64,000 bases of DNA from Podarcis cretensis. Taxonomy: Eukaryota. The stretch spans positions 44,020,001-44,084,000 of the forward strand of contig OX638150.1 in assembly GCA_951804945.1 (NCBI GenBank), written 5' to 3'. Numbering within the stretch: the first letter of the stretch is position 1; every line of letters starts with the position of its first letter. The position numbers and the translations under genes were made by a program. The notes under the pieces are model-generated. The model was not told the origin of the DNA, searched no databases, and was given only the letters and a program-made list of their open reading frames with translations. Positions 13,501 to 26,557 of this stretch are shown piece after piece.

Positions 13501-16500
13501 TTTGATGAAACAACCTCTACACTCCCCCTGTGTCATTCTGGGGAGTCTCTAGAACATCTCAGCCCACCCCATCCCAGCCACTGGGTGGGCATTGGGGGAA
13601 ACTCGGTTGTGTGGTGGAAGCATTTGCATGGACTTCTGCTAGTGAGATCATTTAGCTGAATCTGGCGCCTTGTGCTTTTTGTCAACCTTGCAGAAATTTT
13701 CATCCATTTCCTGTATTTTCTTTCTTTGTTTTCAGGTTATACTAACTAGAAGCTCCTTTTCAGGGAATTTAAAAATCCTGCACTGGCCATTTTAGAATTC
13801 TCTTGTCCTTAGCAATAAAAATGATTATGCCTTTAAATATATACATATTTCAGAAATAGTCAGCTCTCCTTAATTCATTTTCTAGCTGAGGAAGCTTCCT
13901 TTTTGGATTTGAATTCAGATGACCTGTACTCCATTGGTTTGCTCCTATTCTCTGCCCCAAGGGATTATGTACAAGCATTTTGTGGTCACTTGCAAGAGAA
14001 GCAAGTATCACCTTTAGTAGTTTCCATGAACTGGTACTAATTGAGATGAACCACAATTTTAAAACCCCTTACTCTTCAATTGGGGGGGGGGTCTGTCTCC
14101 AAGATGTTGTCATCCTGTAAATCTTTGTAGCGTGGACCGCACTGCACATTACAATGAAACATATCAAGAATAAGCTCATCTGAGTGTTAAGACATCCCTT
14201 GTTACAATCTCACTTCATGACCTCTTTTGGCTAGCCTCAGTATCCCTTTCTCCACCTGTTATACTGATCTACCTTACATAACAGTTGTAAGGATTATAGA
14301 TGCAATATAAAGGGAGCTCTTTTAGCAGAAGACGTACATTTTGTTATCTTAATAGAGCTTCATTGTTTATATTTTAAAAAGTATTCCTATTTTATGCAGT
14401 CTCAGTCTTGAGGCCAGGAGAGTCCATGGGGACTTCTTACTTGCTTTCTTCAAACAGCAGCTCCTCTCTTTCCCCATGCCATACGAGACATTATTTTTGA
14501 AGCTGAGAAGAATTTCAAGAGCAGTTTGTGACTTTTGTGAGAATTAGTTGTTCAAAGAAAAGCAGTCAAAACATTTTACTGCCTCGCTATGAACTATTAT
14601 ACCTCTTTAGATCCCAGGACAGAATTCTAGCTAGCATGTTGCATTGCACGTTGATCTGTTATTCATGGCTGATGCAGCTGCTCTCGAAGTGGAAGTTGGG
14701 GGCTGCCCAAGCATTGAGAGTGGGTTCACTTGTTAAGTATTTTGTATAGAACCTGGCACAATTCTTCTGAAACATAATTCCTGCCTGAAATCATCACTTC
14801 TGCCCAAGTATCAGGAAACTGATACTTGAGAATCCACTTTAGTACCGGCAACCTATCATAACTAACTGACAGTAGCAGCACTTTTCTTTCTGCCTCTCCC
14901 ACCTTAATATTTGCAACCTTGGAGGGGATAGAAGTGTTGATGAAGGAAGTTGTGTGTGGCTGAGCTTTTTATTTTTCAAATGAGCAAGCAAATCCACTGA
15001 GGCCGGGGTGGGGAACTTGCGTCCTGCTAGACGTTGTTGAATTCCCACCTCCCGCCAGCATGGCCATTGATCAAGGATGATGCAGGTTGGATTCCGGCTT
15101 CTGGAGGGTCACAGCTTCCCCACTCCAGCACTACGACTTATTCACTCGTTGATTTAAGGGACACTCCTATTCCCATTTTTAGAAATAAGCCATATCACCA
15201 AGAATATGAGTTGCAACTTTGCTTGATCTCATGATGCACTGCTTAGCCTCTGAGCTAAGTGGAGGTGAGTTGGGATGTCTGTGTAGAATTGTTGTACTCT
15301 GGCTGTGTGCCTCGCTGTGTCTTCCTATTTTTGGATTAAAACCTATGTAGACACAGGAAACCAGGTAAAATATGAAAGGTTATGGGAAGAATTGCAGTAT
15401 CAAATAATTGTACACATTGTGCTGGAAAGATTAGATGTAACCATTCAGCTACTAACAGATGTTTCTAAAACCTGTGCAGCATGACTTCTGCTTGCCTGTG
15501 CTATTCCCAGGATACAGCAGTTTCTTGATCTAGGTGCCCTGAAGAATCCCCTCTTTTAGATTTGTTCAAAAATGGATAGTTGCCCTTAGAAAGCTCTCTT
15601 CAGGCTTAGCAGAGACCTCTGTCTAAATATGCTTGTGCTAAGACCAAGCAGGAAGAAAGTTCTTGGTGCTATCTCACATCACACTCACTGCACAAGCCCC
15701 TGGGCAGAGAAACTAGGCTTTATCTTTAGTTCCAGAAGCAGGTTCTTTCTAAAAATGGATTTAATTTTAAACCACACATACTCTCCCTCCTGGTTCTAGG
15801 CCCAGATTAAGCCTGCAAACAACTTGCCAGTATAATATCCACACAGTCATTGATCTGCCTACCAGGCAGGTCACTGGTGCCTACCAATGTAACATGAATA
15901 TGCCAGTTTATGGCTTATTCCCAGTCAACAGATGCCAACTGTTTTAATATATGCATAGGCACCAACAATCCAGTTTAACTTGCTGCATGGATCCTCATAT
16001 GAGTGAAGCCTGGCCATCCTCTCAGGAAAACAGGGGAAGACCCTGTTCATTGTGCCCAGATAGAGCTATCCCCAGGATGGTGCAGTTAAATGCTGTGGCT
16101 TCCACACAGATTTGAGAAGATGGGATTTTAGAACACCTTGGGAGTACAGTAGGGCTAAGCTGACACCTCAAAAGTCAAGGTAACAACTGACTTTTTATTG
16201 GAACCACAGGCTGGTTTTCTAGCACCCCTGCCTTCAAGACAAGAAACATTGTGGGCTTGGGCTGCAAAGGAACCTAGCTTGAACCTGGAGCCCATGCATT
16301 GAAGCCTCCCTGCCTGACTTTTCCTCTCCTCTCCTCTCAGCATTGCAGCTTCCCTTAGCCAACGATGGAAGTAGCCGCTCCACCTCTTTGGACAGCTCGC
16401 CCCAGCATCATCACACTCATCCGTCACGCCCCCGAAACTTTCTGGGCCTGCCTCCTCAGCCCCCCTTCCACATGAACAAGAGCATGGAGAGGTAAGCAGA

Positions 16501-19500
16501 ACTAGAGCAAATGAGGCAGGTTCTGGTGTGCTGTGCTCATCTTCACTGCTGTATTGAGACAGGAGGGACCAACTTGTTTTGAGAAAGGGAAGCAATTTGG
16601 AGCAAAGGTTTTATGTTGTGCTTGCCATTTGATCAGACAGGTCTGCGCACAATACATGAAGCGTTTGCTGTCCTTGTGCCTGTACAGCCGTGGATAATAG
16701 CGTGTTGGGGAACTGAATGTTCTCTAGGCACTTTAATCTTGTTGCTTATTGCTATTGCCACAGTCTAAACAGCTGCTTCACACTGTTCTTTTGATGTAAG
16801 AGGCAGAGCTTTTGAAAAGGGCTCCTGTCTCAAACCATCTTTGTTAGGTAGATATGGAACTTTCATAACCCCTAGTTGCCTTGAGTTGCATTTTTTTTTT
16901 GTAATATCATGTAATATCAGTAGCAGCCCATGCAAAGTTTAAACTCTCCTGTTTGTGAATTAACGTGCTAAGTTTGTCTGCTAAATGAGTGATTTATAGC
17001 ATGCACACAAAAAGATACAGTAATGGCCCTGGGAGTTAGTAGAAGACCTGCTGCTTTTTTGGGTTTCACCAGGTAATAAAAACTCATGATTTAACCTGCA
17101 CTGTTCTGATCTGCAGATTGAGGTGTCTTGTTATGTAATTGACTTGTGAGTTGCTGGCTTTGAATTCATATTAGAAATTCTCTCATGATGGAGATCTACT
17201 AGTTTGTAGGGCTGTCTAGATGCCCTTGTTGAGAAGAGAATGTGTGGTTCTCCATAGAGATGGAGCCCGTTTCTGCAGAGAGAAGGGTCTGAGATATTTG
17301 TGTGCCATGGCTAAATGGAAGCAAACACAATATTTTTCCTTTTTTCTCTTTCCCTTTCTAGTATAGAGATTGATCAGAAACTGCAGGAAATTATGAAGCA
17401 AACGGGTTACTTGACCATCGGAGGGCAGGTGAGCTGACTTGAGAGGTGCAGCAGTTCGAAATATATTGAAGCCTGATGTATATTAAGAATTAACCAAAAG
17501 CAACTCCCTACCCTTTTCAATATAAAATGGATTGATGAGTAGCTTCTCTATGTTCTCATCTTCTCACAGAGATACCAAGCAGAAATCAATGACCTAGAAA
17601 ATCTGGGTGAGATTGGAAGTGGGACGTGTGGACAGGTGTGGAAAATGCGTTTCAAGAAGACTGGACACATCATAGCTGTGAAGGTGAGGTAGATCTACTG
17701 GGTATTGAGTGGAAGATAGCTTAAGATGAAAGGAAATGGCAGAGTTGGACTTCTAGAAGGTTCATTGCTGGTGAAACTCTTAGGTGCCACAGATTATTTG
17801 GTTCCTGTGTCAGCTGTTGAGAGAGAATCCAGTTGGGCAGGATTAAGGGGGCCTTAACTTTCTTTGATGGAAAGTAGTGATGCTGTGTGAATTAATCATA
17901 AAACAGTTAAGGGCCATGAGGCCCTTTGTGGGTCAAAGCATTATCACCCGCGACTCTTTTGGCTCTTTCCACTTCTGCTCCTAATTTCCATTCTCTTCTC
18001 TGTTCAGCAAATGCGTCGTTCTGGTAACAAAGAGGAGAACAAGAGGATTCTGATGGACCTGGATGTGGTGCTGAAGAGTCATGACTGTCCTTACATTGTT
18101 CAGTGCTTTGGAACTTTCATCACAAATGTAAATGAAGACGATGCTACTGTTTTCTCAAGTCCGTCTGTATTTTTCAATGTATTTAGAACAGCCACATCAT
18201 AATAACCTTAATTTTTACTTTTTTTTTACTCCCCCCCCATCCCTTAGACTGATGTTTTTATAGCCATGGAGCTAATGGGCACATGTGCAGAGAAGCTGAA
18301 AAAACGAATCCAAGGGCCTATCCCTGAGAGGATCTTGGGAAAGATGACTGTGGCGGTGAGGTTTTTTCTTTTTACATTTAGATCTCACATTTCCCCCATC
18401 TAGACATTGGCCCAGTTCACATGTCATGCTAAACATGGAACGAATAGCATGCTGGTATAGGCTACTTAATAGTACTCCTTCCTTGCTCCAGCTGTGGCAG
18501 ATTCACAGATAAAACAAGCTATATATCTGGTCTGTCATGTCGCCTGGACTTGGGCTCATGGCTTGTTTCCTCCAAACTGATGAGTGGTAACAAAGGTTTA
18601 TTCTTGGGAAACAAGCCATGAGTCCAGGTCCACACAACATGACAAGCTAGAACCTGGCTTGTTTTGTCTATGACACAGAGGAGCCATTAATTGCTTCCAG
18701 GTTTCCATGATCATGGCTTTTAAGGAGATATGTTGTGCTTCAAACTCCTTCCTGCATATGGCATCCAGGTATTATTCTTTTTCAGCTGCATTTTCTGCAG
18801 TTTTTGAAGGCACAGCAATCATTTTCCACTTGTTATTTGTTATTTTATATACCATTCTCCATTTACTTGAGCCTCACACATCTGTTTCTCTTTTGGCACA
18901 CAAAAATGAGCTAAGCTTCCCTGCTTGGAGCAAAATGCTGTTGTGGACAGCAGAGGGAATAAGATTTTTTAAATAGTGACTGCACTGTTGGGCGGATTTT
19001 GGCAAAATTTGGAACCCAGGACTGGGCGCTCTGTTCTGCGCGGTTGTTTTGATTTCCTTTTTGCCATGTCCCCCCTCTTGATGCTGCATAATGAGTTGTG
19101 ATAAAATCTAGGGCTCGGTTGAAGAGTCTGAAGTATTATCACACCCCACTGAAAATATGAAGCCCAATATCTCACCTTAGGATGCCAAGAATAGTAACAG
19201 CATTTCAATAGTAACAACAGTTCATGAACATGCCACCTTTCTTTTCCCCCAGTGGTATCCCTGAAAACTGTTTGGTAATCTGCATGACTGAAGGGCTGTG
19301 CTGTAACGCTGTCTCCTCACAAGTTGTTGTGTATACAAGACGTTTTGCCCCAGATAGCTGAAACTATCTTTTCCAAGTATCACGAAAGCCTCAGACTGAT
19401 TGCTGAGTGCATAACCTTTGTTCTCTAAGCAGCAACATGTTTTTACAGGCACGTTGATAAAAGGGTATCATGAGTTCTAGACTAGTTCTGAGTTGTTTTC

Positions 19501-22500
19501 CTTATAGTGAGCAACAATTAATTCTTCCGCATTGTTTCCGATGTGTTGCTTTCAGATTGTCAAAGCGCTCTACTATCTGAAAGAGAAGCATGGTGTCATC
19601 CATAGAGATGTGAAGCCTTCAAATATCTTGTTGGATGAGAGGGGGCAAATCAAATTGTGTGACTTCGGGATCAGTGGGAGGCTGGTGGACTCGAAAGCCA
19701 AAACCCGGAGTGCTGGTTGCGCAGCATATATGGCGGTAAGAGATGGGCAGATGGTGAGAGAACAGCAGCAGGAATCTTGCTGTGCTGTGATGGAACTGAG
19801 CAAAAAAAAAAAAAAGTGACATTGTATGTTGCTCTTCCTACAAATTGCTCAGAATAGCTTGTGTATGATTTAATTAAATACTCTTTATTTGTTAAACTTT
19901 TATGTCATTCTTCCTCCAAGCTGCTTTGCATGGGTTGGGTATGATCCCTAGCAGTCTCTCATCCTAGCAGTGCTCTAGGCCAGACCCACTTTGTTGCAGC
20001 CGTTGAAATGCACCATGTGTCACGATAACTTCTCTGCAGGACTAAGAATTCCATCGCTTGCATTTTACTGTAGAAAGTTGTCACTAGATTTGGCCTGAGC
20101 TTTTGGGAAACTCTATGGCAACTATTATGCAGATGCTGTTACGGTATCAAAACAGCCTGCAATTTTGTCTTAGCAACATCCAGTGGGATTCAGCTAAGTT
20201 TTTGTGTGCACGGAACAAGGCCCACCCATGCAGTGAGACTCTCCCTCCTCTCCCCATTTACCCATGTGCTTCCCCCTAAATCTGCTCTGGAAGGTTGAGG
20301 GAACCCACAGAACAGGTTTAGGAGGATGGGGGAAGTCTTGCTGTGTGAGTGGCATTCATTCTGTGCACACCCACACCCACTTCGTGCTGCATTGAATTCC
20401 ACCCATGGTTTGGCTTCTGTAATTAGGGGAATCTTGCTAGGTGCAGATAAAGAGACCAGTGGCAAAGAGGTTTTATTTTTGACTGAATTTGTAATAATCT
20501 TTTTGTTTCCAGCCTGAGAGAATAGATCCCCCTGATCCCTCAAAACCAGATTATGATATCCGTGCAGATGTTTGGAGCCTGGGCATCTCTCTGGTAAGTA
20601 AAACCTGCTCCCCATTTTTAAGGAAATTTGTGTACCCTTGTTGGGATCTTCAAGTTCTGGATCATATCTCAATCATCCTTTAATGTATGCAGTCCTTAAT
20701 ACATGACATAAACAGCAATAAGCTTTGGGGTGAGTTTTTCTTCTCTTTTCTTCAGTTTTTTTTAATGGAGTTAACTGATTCAAAGGAGGCTGAATTCTGG
20801 CTATCCTGAACCCCATTTTTGTCTCTACTATTGAGGCTGGATAAGCCAAGTGATCATTCTGTTCTACATTTCTTCCCTTTCTTGCTCTCGTCTCTTTCTG
20901 TACAATCATTTAGAATTGTGTTGTTTGTATGGATTTTTATCTATTTACTTTTGTTGTAACTGCAAATAGTGGCATATACATCACTGAAGCATCATTGAAG
21001 AGATGCTGATGATAATTATGCTTTTTAGATTATTTCTGTTTTTAATCCCTTATTTTTCATTTCTCTACCACCCCTAATGCAGGTTGAGCTGGCTACAGGT
21101 CAGTTCCCCTACAAGAACTGTAAAACAGATTTTGAAGTCCTCACCAAGGTGTTGCAGGAAGATCCTCCCCTTCTCCCAAACAACATGGGATTTTCTGTGG
21201 ATTTCCAGTCCTTTGTGAAAGACTGGTGAGTGAAGTGCCTTAAATTCATGTTATGTAGAGCGGCTGCTTCAACATTTCTTACATAGACAGGAAGCCCTGC
21301 AGTTCCAGCTGGTTCCTCACTTTCCTGCTGAACTCTTGCACACCAGTTGCTTTCTCAGATATTGGCTAATGTTAATTCTAGGACACCCCATCTTCAGTAC
21401 TATTAATAGCGTATGTAAAAGAGAATTGGAACTGTTCTGCTTGTTCAAACTGGTACCATGCTCTTCTAAAGAAAGAACTCAACCTGTGCTGGTGATTTCC
21501 ACCTAGAAAGGAAATCCCATATCTGCCTCCAGGACAGCTGTGCTTAAATTCTGGGCTAGCACATCGTTGTGTATGACCTCTTATTGTCTACACATTCCTG
21601 GCTCTTACCTCTTTTCTGTGTCTGATGTACCGGTTCTAAAGGTGTAAGAAGTCCTTCATTGCCACGGAAATAAAAAGTAACATGTCGTAAGTTAGTTACA
21701 TTTCCCCATCTTTCCTTGTTTCCATTCCTTCCAACAATTAGGCAGCTGTAAATGAATTGCACTCCTTGCAACTGGCATTGACACTTCCACAAATGTTCAA
21801 ACAGAAAATCAACTTCTGATAGTGATTGTTTTGTTCCAGTTAACTTTGAGCTTATGTGTCCAACTTGCCACTCCTGGATTCCATCAGACAACCCCATGTA
21901 AGATTGTTGCAAACTGCCATAGGATACTGGGCATAGGAAGTTGACCCTGAAAGATTATTGGTACGGCAGGATAATGGACTTCATCCTGTTTGGCTGAGAG
22001 AGTTTGAAACTTAGAGTAGACCTATGTCAATATGAGCTCTGTTTGCAAAGATCCATTATGCATCAGGTAGTGGAAACATGCTGTGTTGGTTGCTCCATAA
22101 AATAAATTGGATCCTGTGTTTTGAATGTGTGTTTATGTTATTTCTAGCCTTACTAAAGATCACAGGAAGAGACCAAAGTACAACAAGCTACTTGTAAGTA
22201 TTGGTCACACCTCTTTCATTGTGAATATTTTAAAAAATCCCCCAGGGCTTGGAAAAAGGCCACAGTGGGTGCTTCTGCCAACCCTTAAAGTTTAGAAATA
22301 ACCAGTAACATTTACTGGAACTAGTTTGTGCCAACTGGCACGGAAGCTGAGATTAATAAAGTGACATCCTTTCTTTTCTCCACATAGTTTCTTTAAAGGA
22401 GAGGGAAAGTTCTTTTACTTTTTTATTTGACTTTGGTCAGATTTTTCCCTGCTCATGTTTGTTGCTGTTGTGTATCCTCCTTGTTGCTTAGCTATAGCTG

Positions 22501-22727
22501 ACAACTGTTGCTCACAGCTCTGTAGAAATAACACAGGTGGTGTGACTCCCTTGCTTATTTTCCATCTCGTTTTGCCTGTTCCTTTGCAGGAACATAACTT
22601 CATCAAGCGTTATGAGACACTGGAAGTGGATGTGGCGTCCTGGTTCAAAGATGTCATGGCTAAGACAGAGTCACCCCGCACGAGTAGCATCCTTAGCCAG
22701 CACCACCTGCCATTCTTCACCAGGTAG
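4563..22727 (+). CDS. MAP2K7: MAP kinase kinase 7 (MKK7), 5'-partial; exons 4563-4610, 16341-16491, 17362-17428, 17570-17683, 18008-18127, 18248-18355, 19556-19735, 20513-20593, 21083-21225, 22148-22193, 22590-22727
   Basis: All exons have AG/GT borders and compatible phases. The spliced product contains [21 protein letters not shown], the SKAKT activation loop and the C-terminus [10 protein letters not shown], matching vertebrate MKK7. Exon 1 is not in the window. Confidence 0.98.
5920..6025 (-). mobile_element. CR1 LINE 3' end fragment
   Basis: tagaatcatag..tagagttggaaagg..tcgtccaacccc resembles the reverse complement of a CR1 3' terminus. Confidence 0.5.
7536..7625 (-). repeat. (AAT)16 microsatellite attached to an L2 LINE 3' tail fragment
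   Basis: Pure AAT run 7536-7583, followed by sequence similar to the LINE end at 52300-52340. Confidence 0.8.
11417..11553. mobile_element. hAT-type palindromic MITE, degenerate, with 8-bp TSD CTGTAGAG
   Basis: TSD at 11409-11416 and 11554-11561; CAG..CTG termini; same family as 56089-56224. Other decayed copies near 3340, 7396, 15000, 43860, 48690, 49500, 50465 and 54692. Confidence 0.7.
16341..16491 (+). CDS. MAP2K7: MAP2K7 exon 3 (LQLPLANDG...RPRNFLGL...SME; JNK docking region)
   Basis: ctctcag|CA...AG|GTAAGC; translation aligns to MKK7 [13 protein letters not shown]...RPRHMLGLP. Confidence 0.95.
17362..17428 (+). CDS. MAP2K7: MAP2K7 exon ([22 protein letters not shown])
   Basis: AG/GT borders; peptide matches MKK7. 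Confidence 0.97.
17570..17683 (+). CDS. MAP2K7: MAP2K7 exon ([38 protein letters not shown])
   Basis: Gly-rich loop and VAIK-type lysine; AG/GT borders. Confidence 0.97.
18008..18127 (+). CDS. MAP2K7: MAP2K7 exon ([10 protein letters not shown]...GTFITN)
   Basis: ORF track 18011; AG/GT borders; 120 nt. Confidence 0.97.
18248..18355 (+). CDS. MAP2K7: MAP2K7 exon ([17 protein letters not shown]...MTVA)
   Basis: Hinge region with the conserved Cys; AG/GT borders; 108 nt. Confidence 0.97.
19556..19735 (+). CDS. MAP2K7: MAP2K7 exon (HRD, DFG, SKAKT)
   Basis: ORF track 19532; AG/GT borders; 180 nt. Confidence 0.98.
20513..20593 (+). CDS. MAP2K7: MAP2K7 exon ([27 protein letters not shown])
   Basis: APE and DVWSLG motifs; AG/GT borders. 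Confidence 0.97.
21083..21225 (+). CDS. MAP2K7: MAP2K7 exon ([10 protein letters not shown]...SFVKD)
   Basis: AG/GT borders; peptide matches MKK7. Confidence 0.97.
22148..22193 (+). CDS. MAP2K7: MAP2K7 exon ([15 protein letters not shown])
   Basis: AG/GT borders; 46 nt; phase 2-0. Confidence 0.96.
22590..22727 (+). CDS. MAP2K7: MAP2K7 last coding exon (EHNFIKRYE...HLPFFTR*)
   Basis: ttgcag|GAA; stop TAG at 22725-22727. Confidence 0.97.
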   Translation, partial: EHNFIKRYETLEVDVASWFKDVMAKTESPRTSSILSQHHLPFFTR

Positions 22728-25700
22728 CCATGTAGAGTGGCTATTGTGCCAAGGAAGGACCCCTTGGCAGACAGAGCTTGCAAGGTGGGGCAAGAGGAGA
22801 GAGCACCACAACAGACACCTGCCCTCACAGCAGCAACTCTTCAGTGGCATGAATTGTTTGCTTCACCTGCTCAAATCACCCTGGCCCATGTTGTCTTTTC
22901 CTTCAGTATTGCCATGAAGAGATGGGGTGGCTGTCTGGTCTTTCTGGAATGTGGGTGTGTTCTAGAGCCTTTGGCATTTCTGGCACCAGGCAGCCCAAGA
23001 ATACAAGGCCTTTTCCAGCCTGTGCTTGTTATCTTTCTGTGATAGAGCGCCTGCCATCCGGAGTTGCCACGAAGTGACAGCTGCTCCCTGCTTGTCTCTC
23101 TCTACCTTGTCTGGAGGCTCAACAGTGACCCTTGCTCACACACTGTGAACAGACACAAAACACACAAAAGGAAAAAGAAGATATTTTTTTTACCACTTAT
23201 TTATTAAGTTTGGACTTGTGGTGCTGCGGGCCGCCTGCTGCACCCATTCACCCATCCCTGCGTTATTAATGTCTGTTTTTGTTTTTTGTTTTTTCATTTG
23301 TGTTTTTGGGATTGTATTTGCTGAGGGGGAATGGGGCTGGACGTAGATGGGTCGTCTGCTGCTTTAGATTCTGAGCTTAGCTGTTGCTGTTGTCTTGGTT
23401 TCATTTTTTCTTAGGGCTTAGGTAGACAGGAAAGTGTAGGTTTGAGAATTATTCTCATCCAAGAGTAGCTCAGTTAAAGTGATTTTTTTCCCTCTTCAAT
23501 TCTTTTTGAACTCAGGGGTTCCTATCTTTTGTTTTGAGCGTGAACAAAGTTTTGTCAGTGGTGTTTTATTTACCAAAGTGTGTGTTTGGTGCTAGGATAA
23601 ATGCTTGTTCATTTTCTTCCAGTATTTAAGAAAAGGAAAAGCAGAACTTAAAAGATAATCCTGGCATCAAGAAAGCCATTTTTAAAAAAAGATTCAGCCC
23701 AAATGATTCTTATTGCTGTGTCTTAGGGATTCTTTAATATATTTAAATAGAAACACATTTATGCCCTATTGTGGACTTAATTGACTCGATTCTTAACTGG
23801 TCACAAGTGTGTATCTCCAGTTGAGAATTGGTCAGAGTTTGCTCTTTGGAAATCATGGGCTAGAATCTGCACTGTCTGTCTAGATGCTCAGACTTCATGG
23901 AATCTCAGAGGCGGGATTCTAAATTATCCAAAAGGCTTGGAGGATGAAGGCTGAGCACCCTCCTCAATCCTACTCTTTCAGAATAAAGCTTTTTTTCTGC
24001 TAGTGTTTTTAACAGGATAAGAAGCCAGAAGGGACAGAATTCCAGTCAACTCTAATTGACAGGCATTCCCAAAGTGTTGGGGCCATGCTGTAGGCACCAA
24101 GGTCTCTGGGTCACTGAAGTTGTCATATAAACCTTTAGGGGCAACAATTGCCACCATCAGCCTTGGGAATGAGCGGTGGTCAGAGACTTTGGGAATGAAT
24201 TGTGGTTTTCTTCTTGAGTCAATTCTGCCAATAACAATTGCATTTCAGGTAGTCCAGAGGTTAAAGCACAGTCCTGAAGCTCTGACTGTTAACCTGAAGG
24301 TGAGGCTTATTCCTGCTTTCTCTTGCTAGCAAAGGTTAGAGTACCATAATCTTAGCTCTTGTCTCAATCCTATGGATATTTGGGTTAGTGTGGTTACTTG
24401 TGGTGCAGGCATGATGGTGCACTGCACTGTCAGATGCCATACTATACTAGATGTATAGATCAACTTCATAAACCCAACACACACACACACACGCACACAG
24501 AAGTTTTAGACTAAAGTCATAACAGTACTTGGGATGTCCTGAAAAGGAGATGCTCCTGTGGTCATTGATGATGCTGGGCTGTCTGCTTAGTACAACTCCT
24601 TGAGACATGATTCCATCTATATTCTGGCTGTTTCCAAGGGGATCTCCTATATTGTATTATGTTTCCAAGGGGAGCCAAAATTAGGTACATTCAGTGGCAG
24701 AATTAGTGGAGGGAGGAGCAGTTATAGCATAATCCATGTCCAGGCATGTCCTACAAAGTGCTTGGGGGTGCTGGACAACCTGCCAGAAAGTCAGACCAGA
24801 CCAAGAGGGTCCTTTGAAAATGGGGCAGTGCACTTGCTTGACTTGTGAAGAAGTAGGTGGGTGTTTTCTGTGACTGATTAGATTTTTAGAGTGGATAGTT
24901 GCTAACAAAATGAGGCAAGTTACCAAAGAGCTTGGAGGACACGGAGAGTTCATTTCCTGAGAGGGTGGAGGTTTTCATTCCTTGTGACTGGGACATCGTT
25001 ACAACACACTGTGGAAGTTCAGTTATTCTGCTGACCTCAGTAGTGACTGTTAATGTGGCAGCATTTTTCGGAATATGAAGGAAGGCAATTTCATTTGCAC
25101 ACAGGCTTTATGAGTAGGTGGTTTTGTGCCTAAAAGAAAATGGATGGAGTGTATTATATGAAAAGACATTTGCTGTATGAGAGAAAGTTGGAAGTGAAGA
25201 GCTGGTGAAAACTAAAGGGCAGTGAGCAGAGAAAGCAAGTTTCTGATTTAAGATGCGTCCAAACAGTGAGTGAATATTAATGGTTTTATGGAAGTGGAGT
25301 AGGAAAAGCAATGAAGTTTACCTGTGGGTGTCTAATGAAAAACAGAAGGTGGTGCTGCAGTGCATGTTTAAGAGATGCTAGCCTCCAAGATGAATTCCTT
25401 TAGTATTGTGGAGGCTTCAGCAAGATGTTTATTTAGCCTCTTCTGTGAACTTTGGCTATGATGTCTTCCTAAACTCTCCAGAATTTTAAGAAAATCTGAG
25501 TGTTCCAAAGACATTATGCCACAGTTTGAAAGTAGCTTGAAAATAGTGTGCTAAACCATAGTTTGAGAACCAGGAACAAACAACAAACTCACACACTTAC
25601 CTTTCCCATTAGTAATCTGATCTTGTTAGAGTAAACTACAGTTTCCCATTGGATCTGAAATAGTAAACTGAGCTGTTACAGTTCTCTAGCAGTAATAATA

Positions 25701-26496
25701 AACCATGGTTTGATCCTGGTTAGTAAAATAACAGTTTGCCAATTCAGACACAATGGGGAATTGCAGCTGAAACTAACCAGGATCTCTGCACCAACACAGG
25801 GTGGGGGTAAAGGAGGAGAATGCATGCCTGATGTTTGCTGACTTCCTAAACTTTGATTTAGAGAGTCAGTAATGTACATCCAGACATGGTTTTGATTTCA
25901 AGATATTGAGTCGTGCTTTTCAAAAAAATAAATAAATGGGTGGTTCCGCATAGGCAAAAGACTTTGTTATTTTCAATAGCAAGATCTTTTTGCCATATTG
26001 GAAGCTCTTTGGGTAGAGGACAAACATAGTAGAAATGCAGTTTTGTGTTTCCTTTGAGCAAAATAACAAGAAAGCTCATATTAAGACTACTTGGAGATAT
26101 CATCTGTCGGGGTGAAGGGCATAGGAGATCATTTTGCCACAGAAATGTGTTTTGGTTAGGAATTGTTCAGGCCTCCCAACTTCAAATTGATACAAGAATG
26201 ATCCCATAAAGATGCAGATTTGAGATGTCACTTGCACACAAAAAGTGGTTTGGAGAAGAGTAAAGCATGCTTTCTAGGGCATCTTCCACAAGATGACAAG
26301 AAGAGCAGTACACTGTCAAAATATTGAACTGCCTAGAGAAGGAGTAGAGTGTCTGAAAGATATAATGAGAAACTCATAGGAGAACTAAAGCCCTGGTGAC
26401 CACTAGGACCAGTTGCAGTAGTCTTCTCCATGGATGATCAGGGTGGCCCGTCTATCTCAGTGATAGGCCCTCACCCTTCTGCTTGCTTTTGCACAG

Positions 26497-26557
26497 TCCA
26501 GCAATTGCGGAGTTAATCACCACTTTTGAGAATTCATCTTGGAAAGTAGGCTGGTAG
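26497..26557 (+). CDS. MAP2K7: Candidate alternative C-terminal exon of MAP2K7 (SPAIAELITTFENSSWKVGW*)
   Basis: Strong acceptor cttctgcttgcttttgcacag, in phase with a donor at 22723|22724 (CAG|GTAGCC). SPAI resembles my recollection of the mouse MKK7 isoform-2 tail. Confidence 0.4.
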
